From: an uncultured bacterium
GTDB taxonomy: Bacteria > Myxococcota_A > Bradymonadia > Bradymonadales > Bradymonadaceae
DNA: 64,000 bases
Reading direction: 5' to 3'
Assembly: GCA_937981985.1 (NCBI GenBank)
Contig: CALJNB010000017.1
Location: 21,534-85,533, forward strand
Shown: one piece after another, positions 1 through 11,427 of the stretch
Layout: each line of letters opens with the position of its first letter
Numbering within the stretch: the first letter of the stretch is position 1
Notes under the pieces: model-generated
Database searches by the model: none
What the model was told of the DNA's origin: nothing
Seen by the model: the letters and a program-made list of their open reading frames with translations, nothing else
Translations under genes and position numbers: made by a program

Positions 1-26
1 TTGAAGCGAATTGACAACTCTTACCA

Positions 27-710
27 CTACCACTGGATCTCGTTTCCGTTCCATTCCCAAAAGCGACCAGAGTGTTCAAGCGTTGCCACATCAATGGTTT
101 TAAGCATTCCTGTAACGCTTTGTTCGGTAGTTATCATAGCGTTGGCACCTCCCATATCCGTCTTCACCCAGCCAGGGTGGAGTACAAAAACGGAAATATT
201 TTCAGCTTTCAGATCGTGAGACATACAACGCGCGGCCATATTCAGTCCGGTTTTTGACATTCGGTAGGAATAAGATCCACCACTGGTATTGTCACCAATC
301 GAGCCCATCTTTGAGGTCACATTTGCGATGATTTTTTTATCACCCGCTTTCACGTTATTCAGCATCGCCGCGCAAACTTTCAAGGTTCCTATCGCATTGA
401 TGTCGTAATCGCGCGCTAGTAGATCAAAATCTAAATCCGGAAAGGACCCCGAATTGCCATAGCAACCGGCGTTATTAAGCAAAACATCAATAGGTTCGCG
501 CACGGATTCCTGTAATTTAGCAATCGAGACATTATCTGAAATATCGAGCGCTACGAATCGAAGATTATCGTGTTCTTGGGCTAACAATTTGAGCTCGTTC
601 GCTGATCCAAGATCTCGAGCGGTGGCGATGACTGAATCACCGCGTTTTGTCAGCTGCTTCACAAATTCCAAACCAATGCCGCGATTCGCGCCTGTAACTA
701 AATATCTCAT
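27..710 (-). CDS. Short-chain dehydrogenase/reductase (SDR family oxidoreductase)
   Basis: 227-aa ORF. N-terminal Rossmann motif LVTGANRGIGLEF (TGxxxGIG) and catalytic YxxxK (YRMSK). Confidence 0.9.
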   Translation of the reverse strand: MRYLVTGANRGIGLEFVKQLTKRGDSVIATARDLGSANELKLLAQEHDNLRFVALDISDNVSIAKLQESVREPIDVLLNNAGCYGNSGSFPDLDFDLLARDYDINAIGTLKVCAAMLNNVKAGDKKIIANVTSKMGSIGDNTSGGSYSYRMSKTGLNMAARCMSHDLKAENISVFVLHPGWVKTDMGGANAMITTEQSVTGMLKTIDVATLEHSGRFWEWNGNEIQW

Positions 711-951
711 AAGGTTTCCTTTTTATACTTGGGGTTGCAGGCTAAAATGAACACTTTTTGGAAAGAAGCCAACTAAACTTTCGATTTATTAAATTATAAT
801 AAGCCCGCCCATCACCGCCCTCACACATCAGCCGCTTTGCGCAAGTCTCTCAGAGATGCGTAACGATAAAAAGTCGCGCTAAGTATGGGGCTAGATCAAA
901 ATCTATACATTTAGTGGATTCATTTATTCGGTGATAGGACAGATATGACGA

Positions 952-2490
952 TCAGGCAGCGACGTGGTCAGCACCAATGTAAATGAGTTTATCATTTTTT
1001 TCGACCGTTGCGCCGTCTTTCGGATTAAGGTTCAAATCTTCTTCATGAACAAACCCAATAACCAACACATCAAATTTTGTACGAAGCGTTTCGCGCAATC
1101 CGCCGAAGGTCATATCTTCATCCATGATCTCCTTAGGAATATTATCAGCATAAAGATTGGCACTTGTAGCGAGTAGCAATTCAGAAATCACTACACCGAT
1201 TCCTGGATTACCTGCGGTATGTGCAAGTAAGCTACTTCCTAAACGAGATGTTTCGATGACCTCATCGGCCCCGGCAACATGGGCGTGTTCGTAATTTTCA
1301 CTATCCAGAATTTCGACCACAATATGTATACGACCGCGACGTCGTTCTTTTTGCTTTTTCTCAAAAGATCGAATCGTAAACACAGTCAGTAAGGTCACCG
1401 CATCGCGTGTTGCAGGAACCCCCGCGCTTTCATCGGAGGCATCAGCGACCACAATTACCGTACTCGCAAAAGGCACCCTCGCTTTTTCGAGCTCGGACTC
1501 TTTGGTCGGCTCGCCTTGGACGAAAATAAAATTTGTGTTCAACGAAGGCGGCCTTTCTGAATTGGCAATCACAATAACCGCTGGCATCGTATTTCCGTAC
1601 TCAACTTCGAGCTCTTCTAGCATCATTGGAACTTCTAAATTCCAACCTGCAACGACGATATGATCTGTAATGGAGGACATACGAACTTGCTCCGCGCGTA
1701 GGGGCATCAAACGCCCAACTAAAGTAGAACTAACAAGACCAGCGAACATGGCGATCACGAATAACCCGGCAAACATAAGACCGGTACCGATTATCTTCCC
1801 GCCTAAAGTAGTCGGTGATATGTCGCCATATCCGACGGTGGTTACCGTCACAATTGCCCACCAAACGGTATCTGCAAAAGATGTGATTAAGGGATTTTCG
1901 CCGTATTCGGCAACGTACAACATCACCGACGCAAACAAAGTTACAACGAAAACCAACGATAACGAAATCGCAAATAGCAGCGCATTGTCACGAAATGCAG
2001 CGGCCAAAATTGTAAATGGATTATGATATCGAAAAAATTGTGCGGACCGAAAAAGACGCAACAAACGCAACATTCGAAGCGAGCGCAATAACGGAAAAAT
2101 GGGCAATAATGCAGTTAGATCAATTAAACCCCAAACACTAAAGATAAATCTTAATCGTGCCGCCACATGATAGCGAAATCGTCGTAGTGGCGACAGGTCC
2201 AACCCTGTTGGAACGGGGTTTCGAATGAAGAACAGGCGCGCGGCATATTCTACAACAAAGATAGACAAAATAATCTTATCGATTATCGCGGTAATCTCTA
2301 GGAATTGTGCGTTAGTGGCTTCGGCATCTTCTCCTGGTAAGGGTTTTGCTGCAACCTCGTAAAAGACCACGCCGATACTGATAAGAATGAGGAAGTTGAT
2401 AAAGGTATGAAAAATCTGGTACTGCTTGGAGTTCACATCATTGAGAATCTCCCATCCTTTTTCAAACCAAGTATTTTTCTTCGAATCCAA
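952..2490 (-). CDS. Voltage-gated-type K+ channel with C-terminal RCK/TrkA-like domains
   Basis: K+ selectivity filter TVGYGD. Arg-rich S4-like segment LRSLRMLRLLRLFRSAQFFR. Several TM helices, followed by about 230 aa of soluble TrkA-N/TrkA-C-like region. Confidence 0.85.
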   Translation of the reverse strand: MDSKKNTWFEKGWEILNDVNSKQYQIFHTFINFLILISIGVVFYEVAAKPLPGEDAEATNAQFLEITAIIDKIILSIFVVEYAARLFFIRNPVPTGLDLSPLRRFRYHVAARLRFIFSVWGLIDLTALLPIFPLLRSLRMLRLLRLFRSAQFFRYHNPFTILAAAFRDNALLFAISLSLVFVVTLFASVMLYVAEYGENPLITSFADTVWWAIVTVTTVGYGDISPTTLGGKIIGTGLMFAGLFVIAMFAGLVSSTLVGRLMPLRAEQVRMSSITDHIVVAGWNLEVPMMLEELEVEYGNTMPAVIVIANSERPPSLNTNFIFVQGEPTKESELEKARVPFASTVIVVADASDESAGVPATRDAVTLLTVFTIRSFEKKQKERRRGRIHIVVEILDSENYEHAHVAGADEVIETSRLGSSLLAHTAGNPGIGVVISELLLATSANLYADNIPKEIMDEDMTFGGLRETLRTKFDVLVIGFVHEEDLNLNPKDGATVEKNDKLIYIGADHVAA

Positions 2491-2519
2491 ATCATTCTCT
2501 AAAAAGCGTGTTCAAATAA

Positions 2520-4262
<1,743 letters not shown>

Positions 4263-4300
4263 ATTTGATATAAAATAACAACTCAAATTTCGAATTGTAG

Positions 4301-4603
4301 ATGAACGTTCAAATCGACATGCACAAAATGCTTCTAGAATCTATCGTCGTTGATAGGGACGTTAAAGCAGCACTCGTGGTTGACCCCAAAGGGGCGGTTT
4401 TGGAAAAAATCGGTAGTGCCATGTCTCTGCGCGATGCCAGTGAAAACGACGCGACGGCGACCATGTCAGCAACGCTTGAGAACGTGTATATCAAAAACTA
4501 CGGCGAGAATTTTGTAATTATTCTGTTTGACGATAAAAATAGTTTTGAACGTATTAAAGCTTCAGTAGACGCCCAAGTACAACGTATTTTGGGCGCAAGT
4601 TAA
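4301..4603 (+). CDS. Small hypothetical protein, possibly Roadblock/LC7 (MglB-like) fold
   Basis: 100-aa ORF in a co-directional gene string. The pattern VKAALVVDPKGAVLEKIGS resembles Roadblock/LC7 proteins, but the similarity is weak and judged by eye only. Confidence 0.35.
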   Translation: MNVQIDMHKMLLESIVVDRDVKAALVVDPKGAVLEKIGSAMSLRDASENDATATMSATLENVYIKNYGENFVIILFDDKNSFERIKASVDAQVQRILGAS

Positions 4604-4659
4604 TATAATAGTGGGAATGAAATTCTGATACCGCGAGTTTTAAGTTTAGAGGACTCCTC

Positions 4660-5367
4660 ATGATAAAAACCTATTTAGAAAACTCTCGGGACCTGTTCAC
4701 ATCTCTTATATTGGTTCTACCCTTGTTTATCGCCTACCAGCTGGGCGTTCTCATGACTGGCGGTGTTCGAAACGGCGTTGACTTTGCGAGCGATTTTCTT
4801 TGGACCTTGGCTTCAGGTCAACTCACTCATTATCTGGGCATCAATCTGATTTTTTTGATTGCGTTTGGTGTGGCCATCTACTTTCTTCGCGAAAAAGGAA
4901 AGTTTGATCCTCGATTGTGGCCCGTGGTGATCGGCGAAAGCACGTTGTACGCGCTTTGCCTCGGTTCAGCCGTAATCTTCCTGATGAGCTCGATTGGTTT
5001 GGATAACTTACTCGCGTCAGGTGAAAAAGACTTCGGTGTTTTTTCCTCCTTTATCATGAGTATCGGGGCTGGACTCTACGAGGAGATTGTTTTCCGGCTC
5101 ATTTTAATGGGTGGCATGTTTTGGGGAATGACCAAACTTCCCAAATTTCCACGAATTGGAGCAGCCGTCATCGCCGTTATTGCATCCTCGTTGATTTTTA
5201 GCGCGATTCACTATGTCGGGAATATGGCCGATGTGTTCACCCTTGGAAGTTTTTCCTTTAGATTTTTTGCGGGTGTTATTCTGGCTGCTATATTCTACGT
5301 GAGAGGGTTCGCGGTTGCGGTTTATACCCACGCCATATACGATATCATCGTTATGGTTTTCAGATAA
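4660..5367 (+). CDS. CPBP-family (CAAX-protease-like) intramembrane glutamic endopeptidase
   Basis: Polytopic membrane protein carrying the three CPBP motifs: YEEIVFR (EExxxR), FSAIH (FxxxH) and HAIYD (HxxxD/N). Confidence 0.85.
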   Translation: MIKTYLENSRDLFTSLILVLPLFIAYQLGVLMTGGVRNGVDFASDFLWTLASGQLTHYLGINLIFLIAFGVAIYFLREKGKFDPRLWPVVIGESTLYALCLGSAVIFLMSSIGLDNLLASGEKDFGVFSSFIMSIGAGLYEEIVFRLILMGGMFWGMTKLPKFPRIGAAVIAVIASSLIFSAIHYVGNMADVFTLGSFSFRFFAGVILAAIFYVRGFAVAVYTHAIYDIIVMVFR

Positions 5368-5384
5368 ATACATGAGATCCGGCT

Positions 5385-5633
5385 TTGGCAACACTTCCAG
5401 AAATACTAATTATCCTCGCCACAATCGCAATCGTTTTTGGCGTCGGTAAACTGACTCAAATTGGTAATTCTTTGGGGAAGACGGGGAAGGAACTGAAGAA
5501 GGGATTTAAGGAAGGGTTAGAGGGTGAAAAACCTATCGACATCACTCCAACAGCTGACAAACGAGCCAATGGCAGCAAACCAGGACAAAAAAAACAGTCA
5601 GTTGATGACGCCAATATCGAGGAACAAATATGA
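5385..5633 (+). CDS. tatA: Twin-arginine translocase subunit TatA/E
   Basis: 82 aa. Single N-terminal TM helix ending in an FG hinge (IAIVFGVGKL), then an amphipathic helix (LGKTGKELKKGFKEG) and an acidic/polar tail. TTG start at 5385; the nearby ATG at 5372 is out of frame. Confidence 0.75.
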   Translation: MATLPEILIILATIAIVFGVGKLTQIGNSLGKTGKELKKGFKEGLEGEKPIDITPTADKRANGSKPGQKKQSVDDANIEEQI

Positions 5634-6112
5634 TAACAATGATGGCAGCACTCGTTTGGACTCCTATTACGTTTTATGTAGCAATGGGAATTTTTCACAC
5701 ACTGGCGATATTGATTGGTTTCCGACTTCTACACATTGACCCAGAAAATAATACGATAGTGGGTGCCGTCATTGGTGCCGTAATCATCAATGTTATTGCC
5801 TATTTTGTACGCGACTATGGAATCGTTTCCATTATTGTTCAAATCGGCGTTATGTTTGGAATGTTGGTGGCTGTCGCCTCCGGGGAGGCACTCAAGGCTT
5901 CGCTTATGGCGATACTCATGCTGGCGGCGTACGGAGGTGCGGCGACGGTTCTGATTCCAAGAACACCGCTCACCGAGGATCAAATCGGCGGTTTTGCCAA
6001 GGTAATTCTCGCCGGTGGGCTTAAGGAAGAGGCGATGACCGAAAAAGATTTCGATAGCCTTGAAAAGAATGGAATGCCGATCATCGAGTCCGAAGAACCG
6101 GACTACCCATAA
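5630..6112 (+). CDS. Integral membrane protein of unknown function
   Basis: 160-aa ORF with about 4 hydrophobic helices and an acidic C-terminal tail. Its ATG overlaps the tatA stop codon (ATGA). Confidence 0.55.
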   Translation: MITMMAALVWTPITFYVAMGIFHTLAILIGFRLLHIDPENNTIVGAVIGAVIINVIAYFVRDYGIVSIIVQIGVMFGMLVAVASGEALKASLMAILMLAAYGGAATVLIPRTPLTEDQIGGFAKVILAGGLKEEAMTEKDFDSLEKNGMPIIESEEPDYP

Positions 6113-6187
6113 TGGCCATTTTCCGGCACCGCGCGAAAACAGCCGCGGAAAACAAATTCGCCGATTTTGCGATAAAGAGATTATAAA

Positions 6188-6523
6188 ATGACTGATAAAA
6201 GCGAACAGCGCCAGCATTCCCGACATACCATTAACAAGGAATTCGAAACGATTGACGAATTTATCGCCGAATACGTAACCAATATCTCCCAAGGTGGCGT
6301 TTTTATCAGATCTAAAAATCCTCTTCCGGTGGGCACAAAAGTAACTCTAAAGTTTTCTGTTATTCTTGATGATTTTGAGACTATCGAAGGCGAAGGCGAA
6401 GTTGTCCGAGTTGAAAAAGACGATGAAGGACAAGGAATGGGTGTTGCTTTTACAAAGCTAAAAGCGGAAAGCAAAATCCTAGTCGATGCAATCGTTGCCA
6501 AGCAGAACGCTAGCAATTCCTAA
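6188..6523 (+). CDS. PilZ-domain (c-di-GMP-binding) protein
   Basis: Canonical PilZ motifs RQHSR (RxxxR) and NISQGG (D/NxSxxG), followed by a beta-rich region. Resembles the myxobacterial paralogous PilZ family (TIGR02266-type, named from memory). Confidence 0.8.
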   Translation: MTDKSEQRQHSRHTINKEFETIDEFIAEYVTNISQGGVFIRSKNPLPVGTKVTLKFSVILDDFETIEGEGEVVRVEKDDEGQGMGVAFTKLKAESKILVDAIVAKQNASNS

Positions 6524-6540
6524 TACCCGCGAGGTCTCAC

Positions 6541-7578
6541 ATGGAGATCATTCTAGTTCCCCTAATTAACGCCAATGAAGACGAAGTTGAAGTACTGGAA
6601 TTTCGTTTTTCAGAAGGCGATGCCATCAAACAAGGCGATATTCTAGCCGTCGTGGAATCAACGAAGGCCGCCATGGAAATCGAGGCACCGTGTTCGGGCT
6701 TTGTACGCGAAGTACTTGTCACCGAAGGCCAACGTATTCGAGTAGAAATGCCGATGTGTGCAATCACAACAACTAAAGATGAGGCCGTCCAACTCAAATC
6801 GAAAACGGTTGATAGTTCGGTGCGCGCCACAAAAAAGGCGCGACAACTTGCAGAGAAATACGGCTTTGATCTCGCAACACTTGAAATCGATGGCATCATT
6901 AAAGAACGAGATGTCCAAGCCGCAGTAGGTAAATCGTCAAAACCAACCTTCGCCTCTCATCCTCGTGAGGCCATTATTTACGGTGCAGGTGGTCACGCAA
7001 AGGTGATGATCGATATTCTGCGTGAGGGTCATCGAGATATAAAAATCAGAGGGATCGTTGACGATGGCACAAATACACCAGACGAAGTCTTGGGAGTTCC
7101 GCTTATTGGGGATTCTTCCTCACTTCCTAATCTACGCGAAGCGGGTGTCCGATACGCAATTTTAGGAGTGGGTGCAGTCACCAATAATAAACTCCGTATT
7201 GAACTCATCAAAAAGCTCACCGATGCGGGATTCGAAATTCTTAATCTCATACATCCCAAAGCAATTGTTGAGGGTTCAACCCAAATGGGTAGTGGAAACC
7301 AGATCTTTGGCGGCGCGATAGTGAGTTCAGATGTGAAACTTGGCGACCATACGATCATTAACAGCGGCGTCATCGTATCCCACGATTGCACGATCGGGTC
7401 CTACACGCATTTAACGCCCGGAGCGATTTTAGCTGGAAACGTCACCATTGGTGAAAACTGTGTCATCGGAATGGGCGTCACGATTTATCTGGGAATTACG
7501 ATCGGCAACAACGTGTCGATTTCGAATGGCGTTCATGTCATGAAAGACGTTGCCGACGATTCCATCGTTAAAGGCTAA
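6541..7578 (+). CDS. Fusion protein: lipoyl/biotinyl-attachment domain + E3-binding (PSBD)-like domain + NeuD/PglD-family hexapeptide acyltransferase
   Basis: - aa 1-76: lipoyl-like hairpin with VESTKAAMEIEAP (Lys42, codon 6664-6666).
- aa ~92-131: ATKKARQLAEKYGFDLATLEIDGIIKERDVQAAV, which matches the peripheral-subunit-binding-domain pattern.
- aa ~144-345: AIIYGAGGHAKVMIDIL Rossmann-like NeuD N-domain, then left-handed beta-helix hexapeptide repeats (IGxxxxIG...). Confidence 0.75.
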   Translation: MEIILVPLINANEDEVEVLEFRFSEGDAIKQGDILAVVESTKAAMEIEAPCSGFVREVLVTEGQRIRVEMPMCAITTTKDEAVQLKSKTVDSSVRATKKARQLAEKYGFDLATLEIDGIIKERDVQAAVGKSSKPTFASHPREAIIYGAGGHAKVMIDILREGHRDIKIRGIVDDGTNTPDEVLGVPLIGDSSSLPNLREAGVRYAILGVGAVTNNKLRIELIKKLTDAGFEILNLIHPKAIVEGSTQMGSGNQIFGGAIVSSDVKLGDHTIINSGVIVSHDCTIGSYTHLTPGAILAGNVTIGENCVIGMGVTIYLGITIGNNVSISNGVHVMKDVADDSIVKG

Positions 7579-7656
7579 TCGATAGATTTTTCTCGTATCG
7601 CTGGATCTTTTCCAATAATCACGTAGAAATGAGCTTCACATCGAGGAGTTCCAGAG

Positions 7657-10209
7657 ATGCCCATACTTAACGGTAAACACACTTGTTCTTGCGCCAGGCA
7701 CTCAAACCTTTCTGGATTTCATTCCAAATCTGCCGGCCTTCATTTTCCGCCGGATTTGGCTCTAGAACCTACTCACAATCAGATAGACCTTCATGTTGAT
7801 ATCGAAAATCAAACCGCTTCGGGAACGGTGACGATCACTGTACTTTGCAATCATGCAGGACATCGTACCTTAAGTTTGGATGCGGTAAATTTTGAAAATC
7901 TCAAAATCGAAGATTCAAAGGGAGCCAAAACAAGTTTCACCTACGATGGTGAAAAAATAAACATAACTTGGGCCAATCCCTTCTCGAAAAATGAAAAGCG
8001 AAAAGTCGCGATTTCCTATCGTGTCCGAAAACCCATCGCGGGTTTGTATTTTTCCAGCCCAAAAAACGACTATAAAGAATCGGGGACGTGGGCGGCAACG
8101 GATCACGAAACCGAACGTGCCCGTTATTGGCTTCCTTGTATTGATCATCTCAATGTTAGAACCACTTTAGAGTTCAATCTAAGCGCAGATTCAAAATACG
8201 AAATCTTAGCTAACGGCGCAAAAACAAAAGAAGTCATAAAAAAGGGTACTAAAACAACAACATGGAAACTCGATTTTCCCTGCCCCAGTTATTTAACTTG
8301 TTTTGCAATCGGTGATTTTTCAGTTTTCGATCACGGCGAGTTTAAGGGAAAAGGGTCAATGCCTATTCCTGTTGCCTATTTTGCAGAAAAGAAACATGCG
8401 CCAGAAGATCTGAAGCGATCCTTTGGCCGTACAAAAAACATGCTCTCGTGGATGACTAAGAAGTTGGGGGTCGCATTCCCTTTTCCGAAATACTATCAAT
8501 TTGCACTTCCAGATATCGGCGGTGCGATGGAAAACATCTCGCTTGTAAGTTGGGATGATCAGTTCGTCCTCGACAAATTATGGGCGACAGAATGGACGTG
8601 GTTATTGGACCAGATTAATGTCCATGAAATGGCACATAGTTATTTCGGAGACGCGGTCGTCTGTCGTGATTTCGCACACGTTTGGCTAAAAGAATCCTGG
8701 GCTACATACATGGAAATGTGTTGGCTTGAGGATAAAAAAGGTAAGGAAGAGAAAGACTACGACTTCTACCGTAATAGCCAAAGTTACTTTGGCGAAGCCG
8801 ATGGGGACTATAAACGTCCGATCGTGACGCGAACCTTTGACTCGTCATGGGATATGTTTGACGCTCATCTATACCCCGGCGGTGCCTGCCGGCTGCACAC
8901 TTTAAGATGTGAATTAGGAGACGAAATCTTTTGGAGCGGCGTAAAGTTGTATCTCGAAACAAATTTTGGACAGGTAGTCGAAACGAGCGATTTTCGCCGC
9001 GCGATGGAAAAAGTATCCGGGCGCTCTTTAGTACAGTTTTTCCAACAATGGTTTCACACACCTGAATACCCTAATATTGCGGCAACCTTTGCCTACGATG
9101 CCGAAAAAGAAGAAGGAGTATTTACGCTCACCCAAAAACAAGTGACGGACAAAGGCGAGTTCGTTTTTTCCCTCCCAATAGAACTTTCTTTTGGAAACAA
9201 AAAAATAGAGACCCATCAGGTTTTGCTCGACCAAAAGGTTCAAACCTTCCGTTATAAAATGAAAAACGGCCCGAAAGTCATAAGAATTAACAAATCTGCT
9301 AGCGTTCTGATGAAGTTAGAATTCAATCCAGGAAACGAAACGCTTCGCAAACAATTATTCGCAGACGATGTTATCGGACGGATTCTCGCGGCTAAGGAAT
9401 TAGCAAAAGTTGGTGGATTACAGAACATAGAAGCCATTACCAAGGCGTACAAAAAAGAACCTTTTTGGGGTGTTCGACAACAATTTTTCGCTGCATTGAG
9501 CACAATCAAATCAGCAAATATTCTTCCGGTACTTCGAGCGCTATTAGAACGCGAAGACGATCCGATGGTTATCGAACATAACTTTAGAAAAATTCCCGAA
9601 TTAAGAGACGAAGAAATCGCAAACATTCTTATCTCAAAAATCGAAAACAAAAATACCGGAAACTTGGCGCTTAACGCGGCATGGCAGGCTTTAGGTAAGA
9701 TGGGCGAAAAAGCTCCTTTTAATTTGCTGGTTGAAAGTGCGACATCCCCTAAGATGCATGGCATTGCGCAACAAGGTGCGGTACTTGGCCTTGCCCATTC
9801 TCGCCAAAAAGGGGCCCTCAAAGAGCTTATTAAAATCGGAAGCGTGTCTCAACAATACCGCGTTCGAAAGTCTGCAATGCATGCAATCGGACAACTTGCG
9901 GTCTACCTTGACGCAAGCGACAGGAAAGAAGCCATCCATTTTCTAATCAAAACACTAAACGATAAAGACACGGCCGTGGCTGAATGCGCAGCACATGCTT
10001 TATGTGCTGCAAAAGCTACGGAATCAGCAACGCACGTCGAAGAGTTCAAAGCACGTTTGCCACATCAGTTTAAAGTTTCTCTTGATCGGTCGATAGCATC
10101 TATGAATACTCCCGAGAAGGACGCGAACGCTAAACTTAGTAAACAAGTAAACGACTTGAAAAAAGAACTGAGCGGACTGATAGGACGATTAGAAAAATTG
10201 GAAAATTGA
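7657..10209 (+). CDS. M1-family zinc aminopeptidase (aminopeptidase N-like) with C-terminal HEAT-like repeats
   Basis: GAMEN exopeptidase motif (IGGAMENISL). HEMAH-X18-E zinc site (HEMAHSYFGD...WLKESWA). The C-terminal ~250 aa is helical-repeat-like. Confidence 0.9.
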   Translation: MPILNGKHTCSCARHSNLSGFHSKSAGLHFPPDLALEPTHNQIDLHVDIENQTASGTVTITVLCNHAGHRTLSLDAVNFENLKIEDSKGAKTSFTYDGEKINITWANPFSKNEKRKVAISYRVRKPIAGLYFSSPKNDYKESGTWAATDHETERARYWLPCIDHLNVRTTLEFNLSADSKYEILANGAKTKEVIKKGTKTTTWKLDFPCPSYLTCFAIGDFSVFDHGEFKGKGSMPIPVAYFAEKKHAPEDLKRSFGRTKNMLSWMTKKLGVAFPFPKYYQFALPDIGGAMENISLVSWDDQFVLDKLWATEWTWLLDQINVHEMAHSYFGDAVVCRDFAHVWLKESWATYMEMCWLEDKKGKEEKDYDFYRNSQSYFGEADGDYKRPIVTRTFDSSWDMFDAHLYPGGACRLHTLRCELGDEIFWSGVKLYLETNFGQVVETSDFRRAMEKVSGRSLVQFFQQWFHTPEYPNIAATFAYDAEKEEGVFTLTQKQVTDKGEFVFSLPIELSFGNKKIETHQVLLDQKVQTFRYKMKNGPKVIRINKSASVLMKLEFNPGNETLRKQLFADDVIGRILAAKELAKVGGLQNIEAITKAYKKEPFWGVRQQFFAALSTIKSANILPVLRALLEREDDPMVIEHNFRKIPELRDEEIANILISKIENKNTGNLALNAAWQALGKMGEKAPFNLLVESATSPKMHGIAQQGAVLGLAHSRQKGALKELIKIGSVSQQYRVRKSAMHAIGQLAVYLDASDRKEAIHFLIKTLNDKDTAVAECAAHALCAAKATESATHVEEFKARLPHQFKVSLDRSIASMNTPEKDANAKLSKQVNDLKKELSGLIGRLEKLEN

Positions 10210-10251
10210 TAAGAATTATAAAAGGTGTATCTTTTGATTAATGATCGAATA

Positions 10252-10560
10252 ATGGAAAATTGGCTCGAATCTATAAAACAAAATACGGGTAACCACGCCT
10301 ACGAACATATCTGGCAGGCGTACCAATTAATAGTGGGTATGAAACAACCGGAAAAGGTGTATTCGTATCATTGGACTTTTGAGATTTTAAAATTTGGCGG
10401 ATTACGCCTTAAGAGTAAGTTCTACGAAAATCATACGATTGATATTGAATCCATCGAAGCCAAAAATTTCTGTTTAGAGTTTTTTCGCCGAAAGTTTTGT
10501 AACTCTGGCTCAACGACGATGGAAGATTGGTATGTGATGTACCGTCCGAGCGTCAACTAG
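10252..10560 (+). CDS. Hypothetical protein
   Basis: ORF opens at GTG 10225 and the first ATG is at 10252. No recognisable motif. Coding status inferred only from ORF length and position. Confidence 0.4.
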   Translation: MENWLESIKQNTGNHAYEHIWQAYQLIVGMKQPEKVYSYHWTFEILKFGGLRLKSKFYENHTIDIESIEAKNFCLEFFRRKFCNSGSTTMEDWYVMYRPSVN

Positions 10561-10641
10561 AAGGCACCGAATCGAATCATCTATCTATACAAATCAATCA
10601 TTAAGTGTCAGAAGATAAAGCGGCTTGTGCGATGTAGTAGT

Positions 10642-10661
10642 GGGCAATGTTGCCCTTTTTT
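10642..10661 (+). terminator. Short GC hairpin + T6 (terminator-like) immediately upstream of ppa
   Basis: GGGCA-ATGT-TGCCC followed by TTTTTT. It sits only ~10 nt before the ppa ATG, so it may be a leaky terminator or a 5'-UTR structure rather than a full stop. Confidence 0.3.
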
Positions 10662-10670
10662 GGATAAAAC

Positions 10671-11210
10671 ATGCGAATTGATGAAATTGCAGTCGGTCAG
10701 AACCCACCTTATGATATTAACGTAATTATCGAGGTTCCGATTGGTGGAAACCCGGTCAAATACGAAATGGATAAAAAATCTGGGGCGCTTTTTGTCGATC
10801 GCTTTTTGTACACACCGATGTTCTATCCAGCTAACTACGGATTTATTCCACATACCTTATCTGATGATGGAGATGCCATTGATGTACTCGTAGCAGGGTC
10901 AATCCCCGTATACCCTGGGGCAATTTTGAGAGCCCGACCGATTGGAGTTCTCTTGATGGAAGACGAGCAAGGTATCGACGAAAAAATTCTTGCCGTACCG
11001 CATGACTCAATGTCCTCGGTTTATAAAGATATTAGTTCTTATCGCGATTTACCCGATATTCTCGTTGAACAGATTGAACACTTTTTCAATCATTATAAAG
11101 ACTTAGAAAAAGGAAAGTGGGTGAAGATTGTTCGCTGGGGCGACATGGCTGAAGCATTGGAAATGATCAACCAATCCATAGAAAGAGAAAAAGAACATTT
11201 GGCAAAATGA
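10671..11210 (+). CDS. ppa: Inorganic pyrophosphatase (family I)
   Basis: 179 aa with typical family I features: [40 protein letters not shown] and DEKILAVP. Confidence 0.95.
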   Translation: MRIDEIAVGQNPPYDINVIIEVPIGGNPVKYEMDKKSGALFVDRFLYTPMFYPANYGFIPHTLSDDGDAIDVLVAGSIPVYPGAILRARPIGVLLMEDEQGIDEKILAVPHDSMSSVYKDISSYRDLPDILVEQIEHFFNHYKDLEKGKWVKIVRWGDMAEALEMINQSIEREKEHLAK

Positions 11211-11211
11211 T

Positions 11212-11427
11212 ATGACGATGAATCTAGCGAGAGAACACCAAGAGGAAACGAAGGACATTTTGAGTACCCTCGCTTTTTCGGCAGGATTTGAGCCTCATGG
11301 AATAGACTTCGACCGGGGTGTTTGGATTTTACGAATATCTACCATAAATGAGACTCAGCTTGAATTATTTTCTCAAAGTTTAGAAAACCACGACTTAAAA
11401 CACGTCGCCGTGGAGTTCTGTCGATGA
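11212..11427 (+). CDS. Small hypothetical protein
   Basis: 71-aa ORF wedged between ppa (1-nt gap) and the larE-like gene (ATGA overlap). No motif recognised. Confidence 0.4.
   Translation: MTMNLAREHQEETKDILSTLAFSAGFEPHGIDFDRGVWILRISTINETQLELFSQSLENHDLKHVAVEFCR

Noticed and set aside
4301-4603. MglA/MglB-type polarity module, suggested by the Roadblock-like small proteins at 4301-4603 and 62751-63191
   Set aside because: No Ras-like GTPase gene is adjacent to either ORF, and the Roadblock similarity is weak and judged by eye only.
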